Source: Candidatus Bathyarchaeota archaeon (GTDB lineage Archaea; Thermoproteota; Bathyarchaeia; 40CM-2-53-6). Taken from it: a stretch of 32,000 nt of DNA. Position 1 is the first letter of the stretch, and each line of letters starts with the position of its first letter. This document shows positions 1 through 9,205 of the stretch, one piece after another. The notes under the pieces were generated by a model. That model ran no database searches. It saw only the letters and a program-made list of their open reading frames with translations, and was not told the origin of the DNA. The stretch covers positions 123,154-155,153 of the forward strand of contig CAVPLU010000012.1 of NCBI GenBank assembly GCA_963706285.1. The letters run 5' to 3'. The position numbers and the translations under genes were made by a program.

Positions 1-121
1 AATTCAACGACTTCAATACGAGCTTCAGCACGTAGTCTTGATGTGTTAGTGCACCCGGGGGCCCATTTACCCCATTTGGGAATACTTATCCAGACAGACA
101 CCATTCTATACTATGGGGTAA

Positions 122-559
122 TTGTACGTGTCCATCCCTGAGACGATCAAGGACAAGGAATACTGGGCCGAGTACATGAAAAAACATGGCTTCGCAACCC
201 CCAAGATCGAGGCCGATCGCACCAGCATCGGCGACTTGAAAGTATTCTGCAGCATACTATTCCCATACAATCCAAGGAAGGCTGAGCTGGCAGAAGCGAT
301 CCTTCGAGAAATGAGCCGAGCTCGCCTCAGCAAAGTCGAACTGTACAAGGACCTGGCTCCAAAACTGATCCGAGAGAAGCATTGCTCTGCGAGAACGCTA
401 AGCCAAACTTGGCAGTCGCTTCTAAGGAGCGGCCTCCTAAGCCGCGCAAGAAGAAATGAACCAGCACAACTAAGCGACAAGTTCTCTAACAGATTGGAAA
501 TGCTCGCACGCTATTGGCGCGAAAGGATCGTCGAAATACCCAAAGGAGAACTGGCCTAA
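122..559 (+). CDS. hypothetical protein, 145 aa, possibly winged-helix-like
   Basis: ORF with ordinary composition (MYVSIPETIKDKEYWAEYMKKHGF...); helical charged C-terminal half. No family recognised; an opposite-strand ORF overlaps. Confidence 0.5.
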   Translation: MYVSIPETIKDKEYWAEYMKKHGFATPKIEADRTSIGDLKVFCSILFPYNPRKAELAEAILREMSRARLSKVELYKDLAPKLIREKHCSARTLSQTWQSLLRSGLLSRARRNEPAQLSDKFSNRLEMLARYWRERIVEIPKGELA

Positions 560-710
560 TCCTCGAATCTTGACCTCATTGAACGCAACGCCATCCTCAG
601 TGAATGTGCTCATGCCCCCAATGGGTTGCGGGCTCTCCGGCACGTTGGCCGTTGCGAAAACTCGGCAATCCAATTTTTTGGATTGTTTCTGAACAATCCA
701 GTTTTTTGGA

Positions 711-1133
711 CTACGCGGTGTATCGATTGTCAGTCTTTGGAGCGGCTTGACTTGCAGCCGGACTGGGAAGGGGCGGCAACGGGGCCGGAATGCCAATCGT
801 CTTTGAGATCAAAATCGCTTCCGCGATCGCCGTGCCTGAAATGGCTTGAATGACTTGCCCTGGAGGAGCTTTCTTCTCCTTCTGTTCCTGAAGGATCTTC
901 TGCAGCTCATCCTTCTCGCCTTGGATCTTTGCGCGACCTTTGATGCTGATCTGCGCGATCGCAGGCGTGAAGTTAACAGTGAACACGAACGGCGACCGTA
1001 GGCTCCCGTCGCTCTGCTCTTCTATCCCAAGCACGTTGATGTTCACCCCTATCTGAATCTGCGACGGCAAGTCCTTCTCGACATCCCACAAACGCTCGCC
1101 TGTCATGTTCGTCACAAATACGTTGACCTTCAC
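711..1133 (-). CDS. conserved-looking hypothetical protein, 140 aa (alternating beta-like N-terminal half, Pro/Ala-rich tail)
   Basis: ORF MKVNVFVTNMTGERLWDVEKDLPSQIQIGVNINVLGIEE...; protein-like composition. Confidence 0.6.
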   Translation of the reverse strand: MKVNVFVTNMTGERLWDVEKDLPSQIQIGVNINVLGIEEQSDGSLRSPFVFTVNFTPAIAQISIKGRAKIQGEKDELQKILQEQKEKKAPPGQVIQAISGTAIAEAILISKTIGIPAPLPPLPSPAASQAAPKTDNRYTA

Positions 1134-1309
1134 CCTGCAAACCTCAACCTACTACGCAGTCCCTCACGCCTCTTTAACCTTGTCAAACCACCCCTGTCAC
1201 GACTCGGTTCGACTTGACAGAAAGCCTCAAGTCATGGTTTTATGCGTGCGTTCCATTTTCCTATCCATATTCCGTTCCGCTTTGGAACGGAATGCACATC
1301 GACTGACAG

Positions 1310-1579
1310 ATGATCGAATTGCTGGAAGTTTTGGCAAATTACGTCGCGACGAGAAAAAGAGGAAGAAACGGAAAAGTGTACGAATCGCCGCGGATCTACC
1401 TTCCAACGAAGCTGACGTGTGATTCGGGCTTTCCGCTGGCTGGAAGGATGACTAGAGTGAGAGTAAGGGTAGAGGGAAGGCGCCTGGTCGTAGAGAAGGC
1501 GTCAAAGAAGGATCTGAGGAGATTCGGCGAGTTGCCTGTCAAACGGACCAAACGTAAGAAACGCAGGAAGAGGCGATAG
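1310..1579 (+). CDS. small very basic hypothetical protein (89 aa)
   Basis: Arg/Lys-rich ORF ending KRTKRKKRRKRR; overlaps the 3' end of the convergent coaD gene by about 41 bp. Weak support. Confidence 0.25.
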   Translation: MIELLEVLANYVATRKRGRNGKVYESPRIYLPTKLTCDSGFPLAGRMTRVRVRVEGRRLVVEKASKKDLRRFGELPVKRTKRKKRRKRR

Positions 1580-2075
1580 TGCTCGTTACTTTGGGAGAGG
1601 ATCGAGCGCGACCAGACTGATGGATACGTTCGAGGTAGCCCTCGCGGTCTATCTCCCCCGCCCTTATGCGCGTCGAGGAAATCGGCTCGAAGTCCTCAGC
1701 GACAACCATTCCGATAGAAAGTACCGGTAAAGGCCTGAGGCCACGCCGTCTCCTTATCGTGTTGATCCTGTCAGCTGTCTTCTTGGTCAGTCGGCTCACT
1801 ATGAGCGCAGCAATTGTCGAGTCATTGATCGCGGGGCCGTACGGGTCGTCCAAGGGCACTATCTTTGCCCTATCAGCAAGCTGCTCCTTCTTGAGGAAGG
1901 AGATGAGTTCCCGTTTTCTTTTCGGGTAGGGATCCACTCGATGATTCTTGACGAGTCGTTTGACGAAACCGTTGCGGCTCAAGCCAATTAGGACTCGGTC
2001 GCCTGCTCGAAAAGCCGTTCTGAGGAGGATCTTGTGGCCCCTGTGAAGTGCATCGAAGGTTCCGCCAACGGCCAC
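1539..2075 (-). CDS. coaD: archaeal-type phosphopantetheine adenylyltransferase
   Basis: VAVGGTFDALHRGHKILLRTAF nucleotidyltransferase motif (GGTFDxxHxGH), later SSTRIRAGEIDREG (SSTxIR). GTG at 2075 is the likely start; the listed ORF 1539..2465 includes non-coding upstream sequence. Confidence 0.85.
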   Translation of the reverse strand: MAVGGTFDALHRGHKILLRTAFRAGDRVLIGLSRNGFVKRLVKNHRVDPYPKRKRELISFLKKEQLADRAKIVPLDDPYGPAINDSTIAALIVSRLTKKTADRINTIRRRRGLRPLPVLSIGMVVAEDFEPISSTRIRAGEIDREGYLERIHQSGRARSSPKVTSTIASSCVSYVWSV

Positions 2076-2101
2076 TTCTCGGAAAGGCGGCCTTTTTGAA
2101 G

Positions 2102-3028
2102 TCAGAGCAACCGAGCCCCTGCGAAGTCCAAGGAAGACGAGAATGCTTGCACTCTGGGAAAGCGTTTTTTGACGGCTGCCAAGACCCTGCCTGCCAAATC
2201 CTCGATGGCAATCGCGTGAACTGCTTGTCCCAGCATGTTCTGGGTTGCACCGATTGCTCCAGCGTCCTCCATCACCTCTATGAGTTGGGCAGTCTGAGGC
2301 GACATCAAGCCCAATCCATAGGCAAATTCCTTTGAGGCAGTCATGAAGTTGGATGGTCGAAGATCTCTCACGATCGATTGAAAGGCCTCCTTGCCCAACG
2401 CATTGACTTTCTTCCTCAGATCTCTTGATCGTAGGGCTTCCTTGGTCGGTATTGGACCAACACATGCGGAGACAACTTTCAGATCAGGCGGGACTGATAC
2501 TCTGTCAATCACAGCAATACCGGGACCTCCACTCTTCCGAGTAATGACAAAACCCCCCGTGAGGATTGGACCTACAGTTCCCAAGCCCGTTCCGTTAGCG
2601 ATCTCTGCTCCATGCACTATTCGTCCAATCTCGTTGACGGACATTCCAAGATCTGCACCTTCAGCGAACGCAAGAGCTGCTGACATAGAACCCGCAGCGC
2701 TGGCTCCGTAGCCTGCGCCAATCGGAACACGTACATCGTGCTCGACGATGACTTCGTACTTCTCTCCCGAGACCTGAAGAAGTCTTGAGATCGCTGAAAT
2801 GGTAGTCCTCGCTTCCTTGGCAAGCCGCTTGTTGATTCGAACAGAAATCTGCGATGTGTTTGCGTGCTTCAGTCGCACACGTGTTAGCACGCCTCTGGAT
2901 ATCACCAACCCGCCACCTCGGGCGCCGGCGTATGAAGGATCTTTGAAGGGGCGCCCGTCGGGCCGCTTGTCGCGAATCTCGAAGAAGCTGCTGATCCCCG
3001 CAGGTGAGAACGCAGATGTCTCATGCAT
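2102..3028 (-). CDS. pantoate kinase (GHMP kinase superfamily)
   Basis: 308 aa; archaeal PoK-like N-terminus (SAFSPAGISSFFEI), GHMP ATP motif VPIGAGYGASAAGSMSAALA, and adjacency to coaD. Confidence 0.82.
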   Translation of the reverse strand: MHETSAFSPAGISSFFEIRDKRPDGRPFKDPSYAGARGGGLVISRGVLTRVRLKHANTSQISVRINKRLAKEARTTISAISRLLQVSGEKYEVIVEHDVRVPIGAGYGASAAGSMSAALAFAEGADLGMSVNEIGRIVHGAEIANGTGLGTVGPILTGGFVITRKSGGPGIAVIDRVSVPPDLKVVSACVGPIPTKEALRSRDLRKKVNALGKEAFQSIVRDLRPSNFMTASKEFAYGLGLMSPQTAQLIEVMEDAGAIGATQNMLGQAVHAIAIEDLAGRVLAAVKKRFPRVQAFSSSLDFAGARLL

Positions 3029-3774
3029 TTGCGTTCTTGCTCTTCGCTGCTCGCCCGATTCTGAGACTTGGCAAAGTCGCCTGTACTGCCTTGACTATGG
3101 GCGGGGTAAGCACCAGTAGGAACGGGATCTCAGACAAGTAGGTCCAGAGCGTGGTTCCGTATGCGAAGACGATCGGCAGAGGGCTAGAACCCAGACCCAG
3201 AACTTGAGGCATCACAAACAAAGAGCTGTACGCGACTAACCCGAATCCGATTATGAGGCTTCCTAACGCGAGCCCGATTGACGAAGCCGCTTGCACATCC
3301 GCCCAAGACGAGCGCGCCAGATAAGGCACGGCGACCAGCGCGACCACAAGGGCACTGATTCCCGGCGAGAATTGACAATGTTGACCCCGAAAGACGCGTA
3401 CACGCCGTACGCCGCTATGATGATCGGAGCCGCAATGCCTGCAATGATATTTCCGTATCTTGCTGCACCTTTCAGCGACCTTTGGAGAGAAATCCTAGAA
3501 CACTGAATGCGACAAAGTTCGATGGCACACCGACGAGAAGACTGAGGAGCGCGTCGTGATGACCGTAGACTACGTCGGCGATGAAGATTCCAACTGCTGC
3601 ACCTACGCCGCCGACCCATGGCCCAAAGAGAACCGCGAACGCGCCAGGAACAAAGACTTGGGGCCAGAATCTAACCCCGAAGAGAGTCGGAAGCGAGGCT
3701 GACAGTACACCCAAAGCGGCGTATAGCGCCGCGTTGAGGGAGGCCGTGGCTACCTGTAGTGCGGTCTCTCTCAT
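3021..3774 (-). pseudogene. multi-TM protein resembling an ECF-type transporter substrate-binding (S) component, interrupted by two frameshifts
   Basis: MRETALQVATASLNAALYAALGVLSASLPTLFGVRFWPQVFVPGAFAVLFGP... (3472..3774) continues as LKGAARYGNIIAGIAAPIIIAAYGVYASFGVNIV in the 3263..3619 frame, then FSPGISALVVALVAVPYLARSSWADV... in the 3021..3347 frame. Intact gene with sequencing indels is equally possible. Confidence 0.6.
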
Positions 3775-4172
3775 CTCAAATCGTCAGAGGCACGAGGCGC
3801 ATATGCCTTAACACTTCCCTAGAGACACTGGGCATGTCTCCAAAGTGTATATAGAATGGATTTCAGCATTTCCACTGGAAATCGACGAGCGCTAGGACCA
3901 CCGCGCCGCATCCTTTCTGTCTGAACTTCGATGAGCTCCAAGCGCGTTTTGATTACTTTTGATGGTGAGTTGCTGCATCTTCGCGACATCTGGAGCTTCC
4001 ATGATAACAATTCCGAATTCTGCGAATCCACAGTGACCAGAGAGTGGACACTCGCTTTTTCGCGCCCAGTCGCAAGTCATCAACACTGCGGATCAAGAAG
4101 ATCCGGATGTGAAGGTTTTTACGGGCACAAGCGCTCTCAACTGTTTGCGTAGCCCGGTGGTGTAGCGGTCAA

Positions 4173-4189
4173 ACAGCCTAATGGACTAG
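4173..4189 (+). other. tRNA intron 1 (D-loop, about 21/22, 17 nt)
   Basis: Relaxed BHB: central helix GGTC(4167-4170)/GACT(4184-4187), bulges AAA(4171-4173) and AGG(4188-4190); inner helix only CA/TG. Removal joins AGCGGTCAA to GCAT. Confidence 0.7.
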
Positions 4190-4197
4190 GCATAGCA

Positions 4198-4226
4198 ATG
4201 GCGCCAGACCAATGAGGCCACTAGAT
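4198..4226 (+). other. tRNA intron 2 (anticodon stem 29/30, 29 nt)
   Basis: Bulges CAA(4196-4198) and ATG(4225-4227); central ATAG(4192-4195)/CTAG(4221-4224) with one A-G mismatch; inner helix TGGC(4199-4202)/GCCA(4217-4220). Removal creates 5' strand GCAGG. Confidence 0.8.
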
Positions 4227-4234
4227 GGCTCTGG

Positions 4235-4254
4235 ATCCCGCACTAGGAGAAGAA
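4235..4254 (+). other. tRNA intron 3 (canonical 37/38, 20 nt)
   Basis: Bulges GGA(4233-4235) and AAA(4253-4255); central CTCT(4229-4232)/GAAG(4249-4252) with one C-A mismatch; inner TCC(4236-4238)/GGA(4246-4248). Confidence 0.8.
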
Positions 4255-4275
4255 ACCTGCCGACGGGAGTTCGAA

Positions 4276-4298
4276 TGGTTCGTTAGAGAACCCGAACA
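4276..4298 (+). other. tRNA intron 4 (T-loop 59/60, 23 nt)
   Basis: Perfect hBHBh': GGGAG/CTCCC outer helix, TTCG(4270-4273)/CGAA(4293-4296) central helix, bulges AAT(4274-4276) and CAT(4297-4299), inner GGTTC/GAACC, loop GTTAGA. Confidence 0.92.
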
Positions 4299-4317
4299 TC
4301 TCCCCCGGGCTACCATC

Positions 4318-4345
4318 AACCACCGCCATTAGATTAGAGGTGGTT
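4318..4345 (+). repeat. inverted repeat immediately 3' of the tRNA (AACCACC...GGTGGTT)
   Basis: 7-bp perfect arms 4318-4324 and 4339-4345, 14-nt loop. Confidence 0.6.
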
Positions 4346-4403
4346 TCTCATCAGGGCAATCAACGCCATGACCCACGCCTTTCCGGCGTTGATGAGAACT
4401 CTC

Positions 4404-4440
4404 AAAGCGGCCCCTCTTTCCCGGAAAGCGGCCCCTCTTT
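4404..4440 (+). repeat. two-copy direct repeat AAAGCGGCCCCTCTTT (21-nt period)
   Basis: Exact copies at 4404-4419 and 4425-4440 in intergenic sequence. Confidence 0.85.
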
Positions 4441-4616
4441 GGAGGATGTGATCAAGCACCATGCTAGCGGTCCACCACCTAGACGGCAACAAGTGCAATC
4501 TTCTACCCGTGGAATCTGGCTCAACTGAGGACTCTCCTGCTGTGACGAGCCTGGCGTGACTCAAATCCATGCATCTGAACCCAAAGACATCATTATGCTT
4601 CCAAGAAACCGATTAG

Positions 4617-7046
4617 CTACGCACTAGCCCGTTGACGCTTCTTCTTCATCACAAGTGAGAGGCCCGCAACACCCAATATCACTGCCACAATTGTCGCAAC
4701 AACCATCGGCATTTGCAGCAGGTCTAGGGACCATGGACCACCGTTCGATGTCGTTCCTGTCTCTGTCTGAGTTTGATACTGACTTCTCACAAAATAGTAG
4801 ATGCCGTCCGATCCTAGTGCGGCTACGATGCAGCATGCATTCCCTGAGATCGCGACGTGGCCACCACCCGTAACATCCGCTTGTCCCGGGTAAGTGTAGT
4901 TCCCCAACAAGTGACCGTCGTCGCTCAGAATTTGAAGCGTTCGAAATGTACCAGAATCAGAATAGGGGCTTGAAATAATCACGACGGAGACGTCTCCTCT
5001 GTCCGACATGGATACTGATACAACTGATCCGTTCACGTCCGTCTCCCAGTACGGTCCGGTCGCATTTCCAAGGAGCAACGCTCCTTCGGGGCTACCGGCA
5101 AGGAATCTTTCGCCACTCTCAGAAATCGTGACCATAGGTTTGTTCACGGACCTGCTCCATAGGATTCTCCCTTCGTGATCAAATGCATCAAGCTGGGAAT
5201 CGCTCCCAGCCAGAACGTATCGGCCATCTTTGGATACAGCAACGTTCCAGACACATCTTGGAGCGACATATTTCCAAATCTGCTTTCCTTCTCTGTCGTA
5301 CAGAACTACTCCATTTCTTCCACCGCAGACTGATCCGAAGCGGACGGACTGTTCTCTCATAGCGGCGGCCACGTACAATCCGTCAGCGGAGACTGCCACG
5401 TTACTGTGCACGTGAAGGAATTCATAGTATCCCACGAGTTCAGTTGCATTCGTGATCTGTTTCCACAACTGGCGGCCTTGCGAGTCGAATGCAGAAATGA
5501 AGGTATAGTTGCCCCAGACGACACCTGATACCGCCACCAGACTACCGTCATCAGACATTGATAATGAACTTGCGACTGATTTCGCGTCCAACGCCGTGGT
5601 CCTAATCTGGCGTCCGGTGCTTACGTCATACCAGGCTAGGACAGTCTGCTCTTGGTTCCCTGTTTCGGTCGAGTTGACTGTCACTAGAATTTGGCCGTTC
5701 GACGAAATTGCCGAGATACTTGTGGATCCGTAGATTCCGATTGGGCTTATTGTTCCAGTCATCATTATCGTTCCATTGTCATTGATGACAGCAGTGCCCA
5801 GTGATTCTCCTGATGAGTATCCGATGGCTATTCTTTTCCCGTCCTGTGAAGTCTGAATGTTGAACGGGAGGGAGGACCCGATCTCGGTGTGCATCCATAG
5901 GATATTTGCCCCTGCATCTAGCACGTACATCACGTTCTCGCCTCCAACCGCGGCCATTATTCCCGGCCCTCCTATTGCGACCGATCGCACTACCGAACGC
6001 AGATTTCTCCTTGACAATACGTTGCCAGATCGGTCCAGAACGTGGATAGTGCCATTCAAATCGCCTACAACGAATCTGGAGCCATCGTTGGCTACGGCGA
6101 AGGCTTCCACGCTATAGGGCACCTGAGAATCCCACAGTTTCTTGCCGTTCACATCGAACAATATGACATGAGCGTCGTTGAAGAGTCCGCCTGCTACAGC
6201 GACGTATTCTCCTGAATCAGACACCCAGAGGTGCGGATACGACTCAGCGTATTCGAAAAGGCGGGGTAGTGGTGCAGACCATAACGGATTGCCGTTCTGA
6301 TCGAAAAGATAGACCCCTCTTGGGCCCGCGGCAGCAATCACCAGTCCATTCGACGACATAGCCACGTAGACAACAGCATCGTGAACGGTTGCATTCCATT
6401 TCTTTCCGGAATCAAGATTGGCAAAGTAGAGGAAGTGATCTCTGTCTGTCCTGCTCCATGTTCCAACCGCAACGTACCGTCCGTCCTTGGAGATGACCGG
6501 TGCGCTTGCAAGATCTGATTCGCTTCCGAATCTCTGATCTAGAAGAATGGCTCCACTTCTGTCCTTCACGACAAGCCGTTTTTGCCACCCGTTCGAAAGG
6601 CGATTGGCGCCCACTATCGCTGCCCTTACGCTATCCGTGGAAAGTGCAGAGTGATCGATCTTATCTAGGGTGTAGTTCCATTGCCTTTGCAGTGTGTCCG
6701 TGTCAATCAAAGACACTCCCTGTGCTCCCACCACGGTAGGGTATTCGGTTCCCAGAAGTGCTGATTTGCCATCAGAGGAGAACTGCGCGAAAACAGCATT
6801 ACGATCGGGCAGATGCCAGATCAATCTCCCCTTGGAGTCATAGAGGTAGTAACCATCAAAAAGAACTGGGAGTAGGATCTTCTGGCCGTCTGGTGAAACA
6901 GCTGCCAACTGAAGATCTCCCACGGGGAGTTTCCAAGCCAGTTTGTAGTCATCGGAGACTTCGTTAGAAGCCACTGATAGTTGACTGCTTGATGCACAAG
7001 ATACTAGGATCAGCGTCATTAGCAGCAGAGATGACAAAGATTTCAT
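4617..7046 (-). CDS. secreted, membrane-anchored PQQ/WD40-like beta-propeller repeat protein
   Basis: 809 aa; N-terminal signal-like segment, repeated blades (e.g. GQILVTVNSTETG, VRSVAIGGPGIMAAVGGENVMYVLDAGANILW), C-terminal TM VVATIVAVILGVAGLSLVMKKKRQR. Confidence 0.85.
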   Translation of the reverse strand: MKSLSSLLLMTLILVSCASSSQLSVASNEVSDDYKLAWKLPVGDLQLAAVSPDGQKILLPVLFDGYYLYDSKGRLIWHLPDRNAVFAQFSSDGKSALLGTEYPTVVGAQGVSLIDTDTLQRQWNYTLDKIDHSALSTDSVRAAIVGANRLSNGWQKRLVVKDRSGAILLDQRFGSESDLASAPVISKDGRYVAVGTWSRTDRDHFLYFANLDSGKKWNATVHDAVVYVAMSSNGLVIAAAGPRGVYLFDQNGNPLWSAPLPRLFEYAESYPHLWVSDSGEYVAVAGGLFNDAHVILFDVNGKKLWDSQVPYSVEAFAVANDGSRFVVGDLNGTIHVLDRSGNVLSRRNLRSVVRSVAIGGPGIMAAVGGENVMYVLDAGANILWMHTEIGSSLPFNIQTSQDGKRIAIGYSSGESLGTAVINDNGTIMMTGTISPIGIYGSTSISAISSNGQILVTVNSTETGNQEQTVLAWYDVSTGRQIRTTALDAKSVASSLSMSDDGSLVAVSGVVWGNYTFISAFDSQGRQLWKQITNATELVGYYEFLHVHSNVAVSADGLYVAAAMREQSVRFGSVCGGRNGVVLYDREGKQIWKYVAPRCVWNVAVSKDGRYVLAGSDSQLDAFDHEGRILWSRSVNKPMVTISESGERFLAGSPEGALLLGNATGPYWETDVNGSVVSVSMSDRGDVSVVIISSPYSDSGTFRTLQILSDDGHLLGNYTYPGQADVTGGGHVAISGNACCIVAALGSDGIYYFVRSQYQTQTETGTTSNGGPWSLDLLQMPMVVATIVAVILGVAGLSLVMKKKRQRASA

Positions 7047-7137
7047 TTGGACTCCACCTCACACGACCAGAATTCAATCTGCCCAAAACGGAGAGCGGAA
7101 GAATAGTGTCTGCGCTCGCACAACACGATTCCTGCGA

Positions 7138-8917
7138 CTAGAAGTGTGTCAGGCGGTACTCAAGCGCATCCATTTCAGTGAGGATCTCGCGTGGTAGTCG
7201 GTCGCCGAATTGTTCAAAGAATTTGCGCTGGTCAGTGATGTCTTCAAGCCAGGCGGATCTATCTACTTCAAGGAGCGCCTCCATGTCGTGGTCCGATATT
7301 TCAAGTCCCGTCAAATCGAGGCTTGACTTGTGGGGCAGGTAACCTAATGGAGTGGTGACCGCTTCTGCTTCGCCTCTACTCCGTGCGAGGATCCACTCGA
7401 TGATCCTTAGATTCTCTCCGTAGCCTGGCCAGAGGTAACGTCCGTTGGCGTCCTGCCTGAACCAGTTCACGTGAAATATCTTGGGTGGCTCAAGCATTCG
7501 GGCGCCCATCCTAAGCCAGTGCACGAAGTAGTCAGCCATATTGTACCCGCAGAATGGCAACATCGCCATTGGGTCACGCCGCAACTGGCCCTGCTTGCCG
7601 TACTGAGCAGCAGTCAGCTCCGATGCTGCCGTCGCTCCGACATAGACGCCGTGCTGCCAACTGAATGCCTGATAGACCAATGGAGCCAAGTGAGCGCGTC
7701 GGCCTCCAAAGACGATCGCCGAGATCGGCACGCCGTGGTGCTGCTCAAGCCGGAAGGAGACAGATGGCACTTGAGAAAGAGGCGCAGTAAAGCGGCTGTT
7801 AGGGTGCGCCCCCAAGACGGGGTTACCGTTCTCGTCTTTCATTCTGAGAGTTCCAAGGGCGACCACGCCAATCGAGACCTTCGCTGGGAGGCGGATCGTC
7901 TCCGCCCTCCCACCACACTCCTCCATCCGATGTCAAGATCACGTTTGTGTAGATGGTGTTCTTTCTGATCGCGGTCATGGCGTTAGGATTCGTCTTGGTA
8001 TTGGTTCCGGGCGCGACGCCGAACAGACCTATCTCCGGGTTTACTCCCCAAAGGCGCCCGTCGGTGTCAATTCTCATCCACGCGATATCGTCTCCGACGG
8101 TCCATATTCGATACCCTTTCTGTTGCAACCCTTTCGGGGGAACCAGCATTGCCAAATTCGTCTTTCCACACGCGCTTGGAAACGCAGCCGCTAGATACTC
8201 GATGCGGCCGTTCGGCTCTTCGACGCCCATGATCAGCATGTGTTCTGCAAGCCAGCCTTCCTGACGGGCTGTGTAGCTTGCCATGCGTAGCGCGAGGCAT
8301 TTCTTCCCGAGAAGCACGTTCCCTCCGTATCCGGATCCGACGCTCCAGACAGTGTTGTCTTCGGGAAAGTGCAGTATTAGTCGCTTGTTGATGTCCAGCT
8401 CAGCCTTGCTGTGGAGGCACTTTGTGTACTCCCGGTTGCTGTCCAGATAGTCCAGCACCTTGCTTCCCATTCGAGTCATGATGTGCATGTTTTCGACGAC
8501 GTATATGCTGTCGGTGAGCTCAACTCCAGTCTTGCCGAAGGTTGACCCGACCGGACCCATTGAGAACGGGATCACGTACATGGTGCGGCCCTTCATCGAG
8601 CCCGCGAAAATCTCACGTCCTCGCCGGTATCCTTCCTCTGGCGACATCCAGTTGTTGTTCGGTCCGGCTTCATCCTTCTTGCTCGTGCAAATGAAGGTCA
8701 GCTGTTCCGTTCGAGCTACATCATTCTCGGCGGTCCTATGCATGACGCAGCCGGGCAGCTTCGACTGATTCAGCAGGATCAGTTCGCCGGTCGAGATCGC
8801 CTCTGCGCGTAGCCGTTCCCTCTCAGAGTCAGAACCATCACACCAGTAAATCCGCTCAGGCTGACAAATATCCGCCATATCACGCACCCAAGCGTGGAGC
8901 TCCTTGTGGTATCCCAT
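7138..8917 (-). CDS. pckG: phosphoenolpyruvate carboxykinase (GTP), split by one frameshift at about 7823-7860
   Basis: MGYHKELHAWVRDMADICQPERIYWCDGS..., kinase motif FPSACGKTNLAML; continues in the other frame as GAHPNSRFTAPLSQ...GVPISAIVFGGRR...GYNMADYFVHWL. Start taken as ATG at 8917. Confidence 0.92.
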
Positions 8918-9205
8918 CTTGTCTTCTTCCTCTGTTTGACCGACCGGCTTGCGTTCCGGCGTAGTGATCGCTAGGCTCCGTCGTATGAGGTTTGTTCTTG
9001 TTCTCGGAAGGCCCTTCATCGCGAAAGGCACCTTCAAAGAAAGCTGATTGCAGAGATCCACTAGGCGAATCCTGCATACGCGCAACGCCAGATCTGACGA
9101 ATCGGATTTCCTGTTAGGTTGTCCTGACGGCTTGTCTCGTTGTTCCACCCATCGCCTTTCTATATATCATCGGGGGACCAGTTGGGGAGAAGAGTGGTTC
9201 CACGC

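Larger units (their letters stand above)
4151..4315 (+). tRNA. tRNA-Gln(CUG) with four introns and encoded CCA
   Basis: Removing 4173..4189, 4198..4226, 4235..4254 and 4276..4298 leaves AGCCCGG TG GTGT AGCGGTCAA GCAT A GCAGG CTCTGGA CCTGC CGAC GGGAG TTCGAAT CTCCC CCGGGCT A CCA: 7-bp acceptor, 5-bp anticodon and 5-bp T stems fully paired, anticodon CTG at 4231..4233. Confidence 0.88.

Noticed and set aside
2076-2465. N-terminal 130 codons of ORF 1539..2465
   Set aside because: Overlaps the pantoate kinase in a different frame; the recognisable nucleotidyltransferase begins only at GTG 2075.
3931-4152. 73-aa plus-strand ORF upstream of the tRNA
   Set aside because: Overlaps the tRNA 5' end, no family features, and competing ORFs exist on both strands.
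4179-4185. Alternative anticodon loop (CTAATGG, hairpin GCCTA/TAGGC)
   Set aside because: Would give an AAT anticodon without fitting stems for the rest of the cloverleaf; the hairpin is largely within intron 1.
4151-4315. Damaged tRNA pseudogene or tRNA with one large insertion
   Set aside because: All stems are fully complementary after intron removal and every junction falls in a bulge-flanked helix; random decay would not preserve this.
7953-9077. Several plus and minus ORFs overlapping the PEPCK region
   Set aside because: PEPCK motifs account for the region; the others are antisense or out-of-frame shadows.
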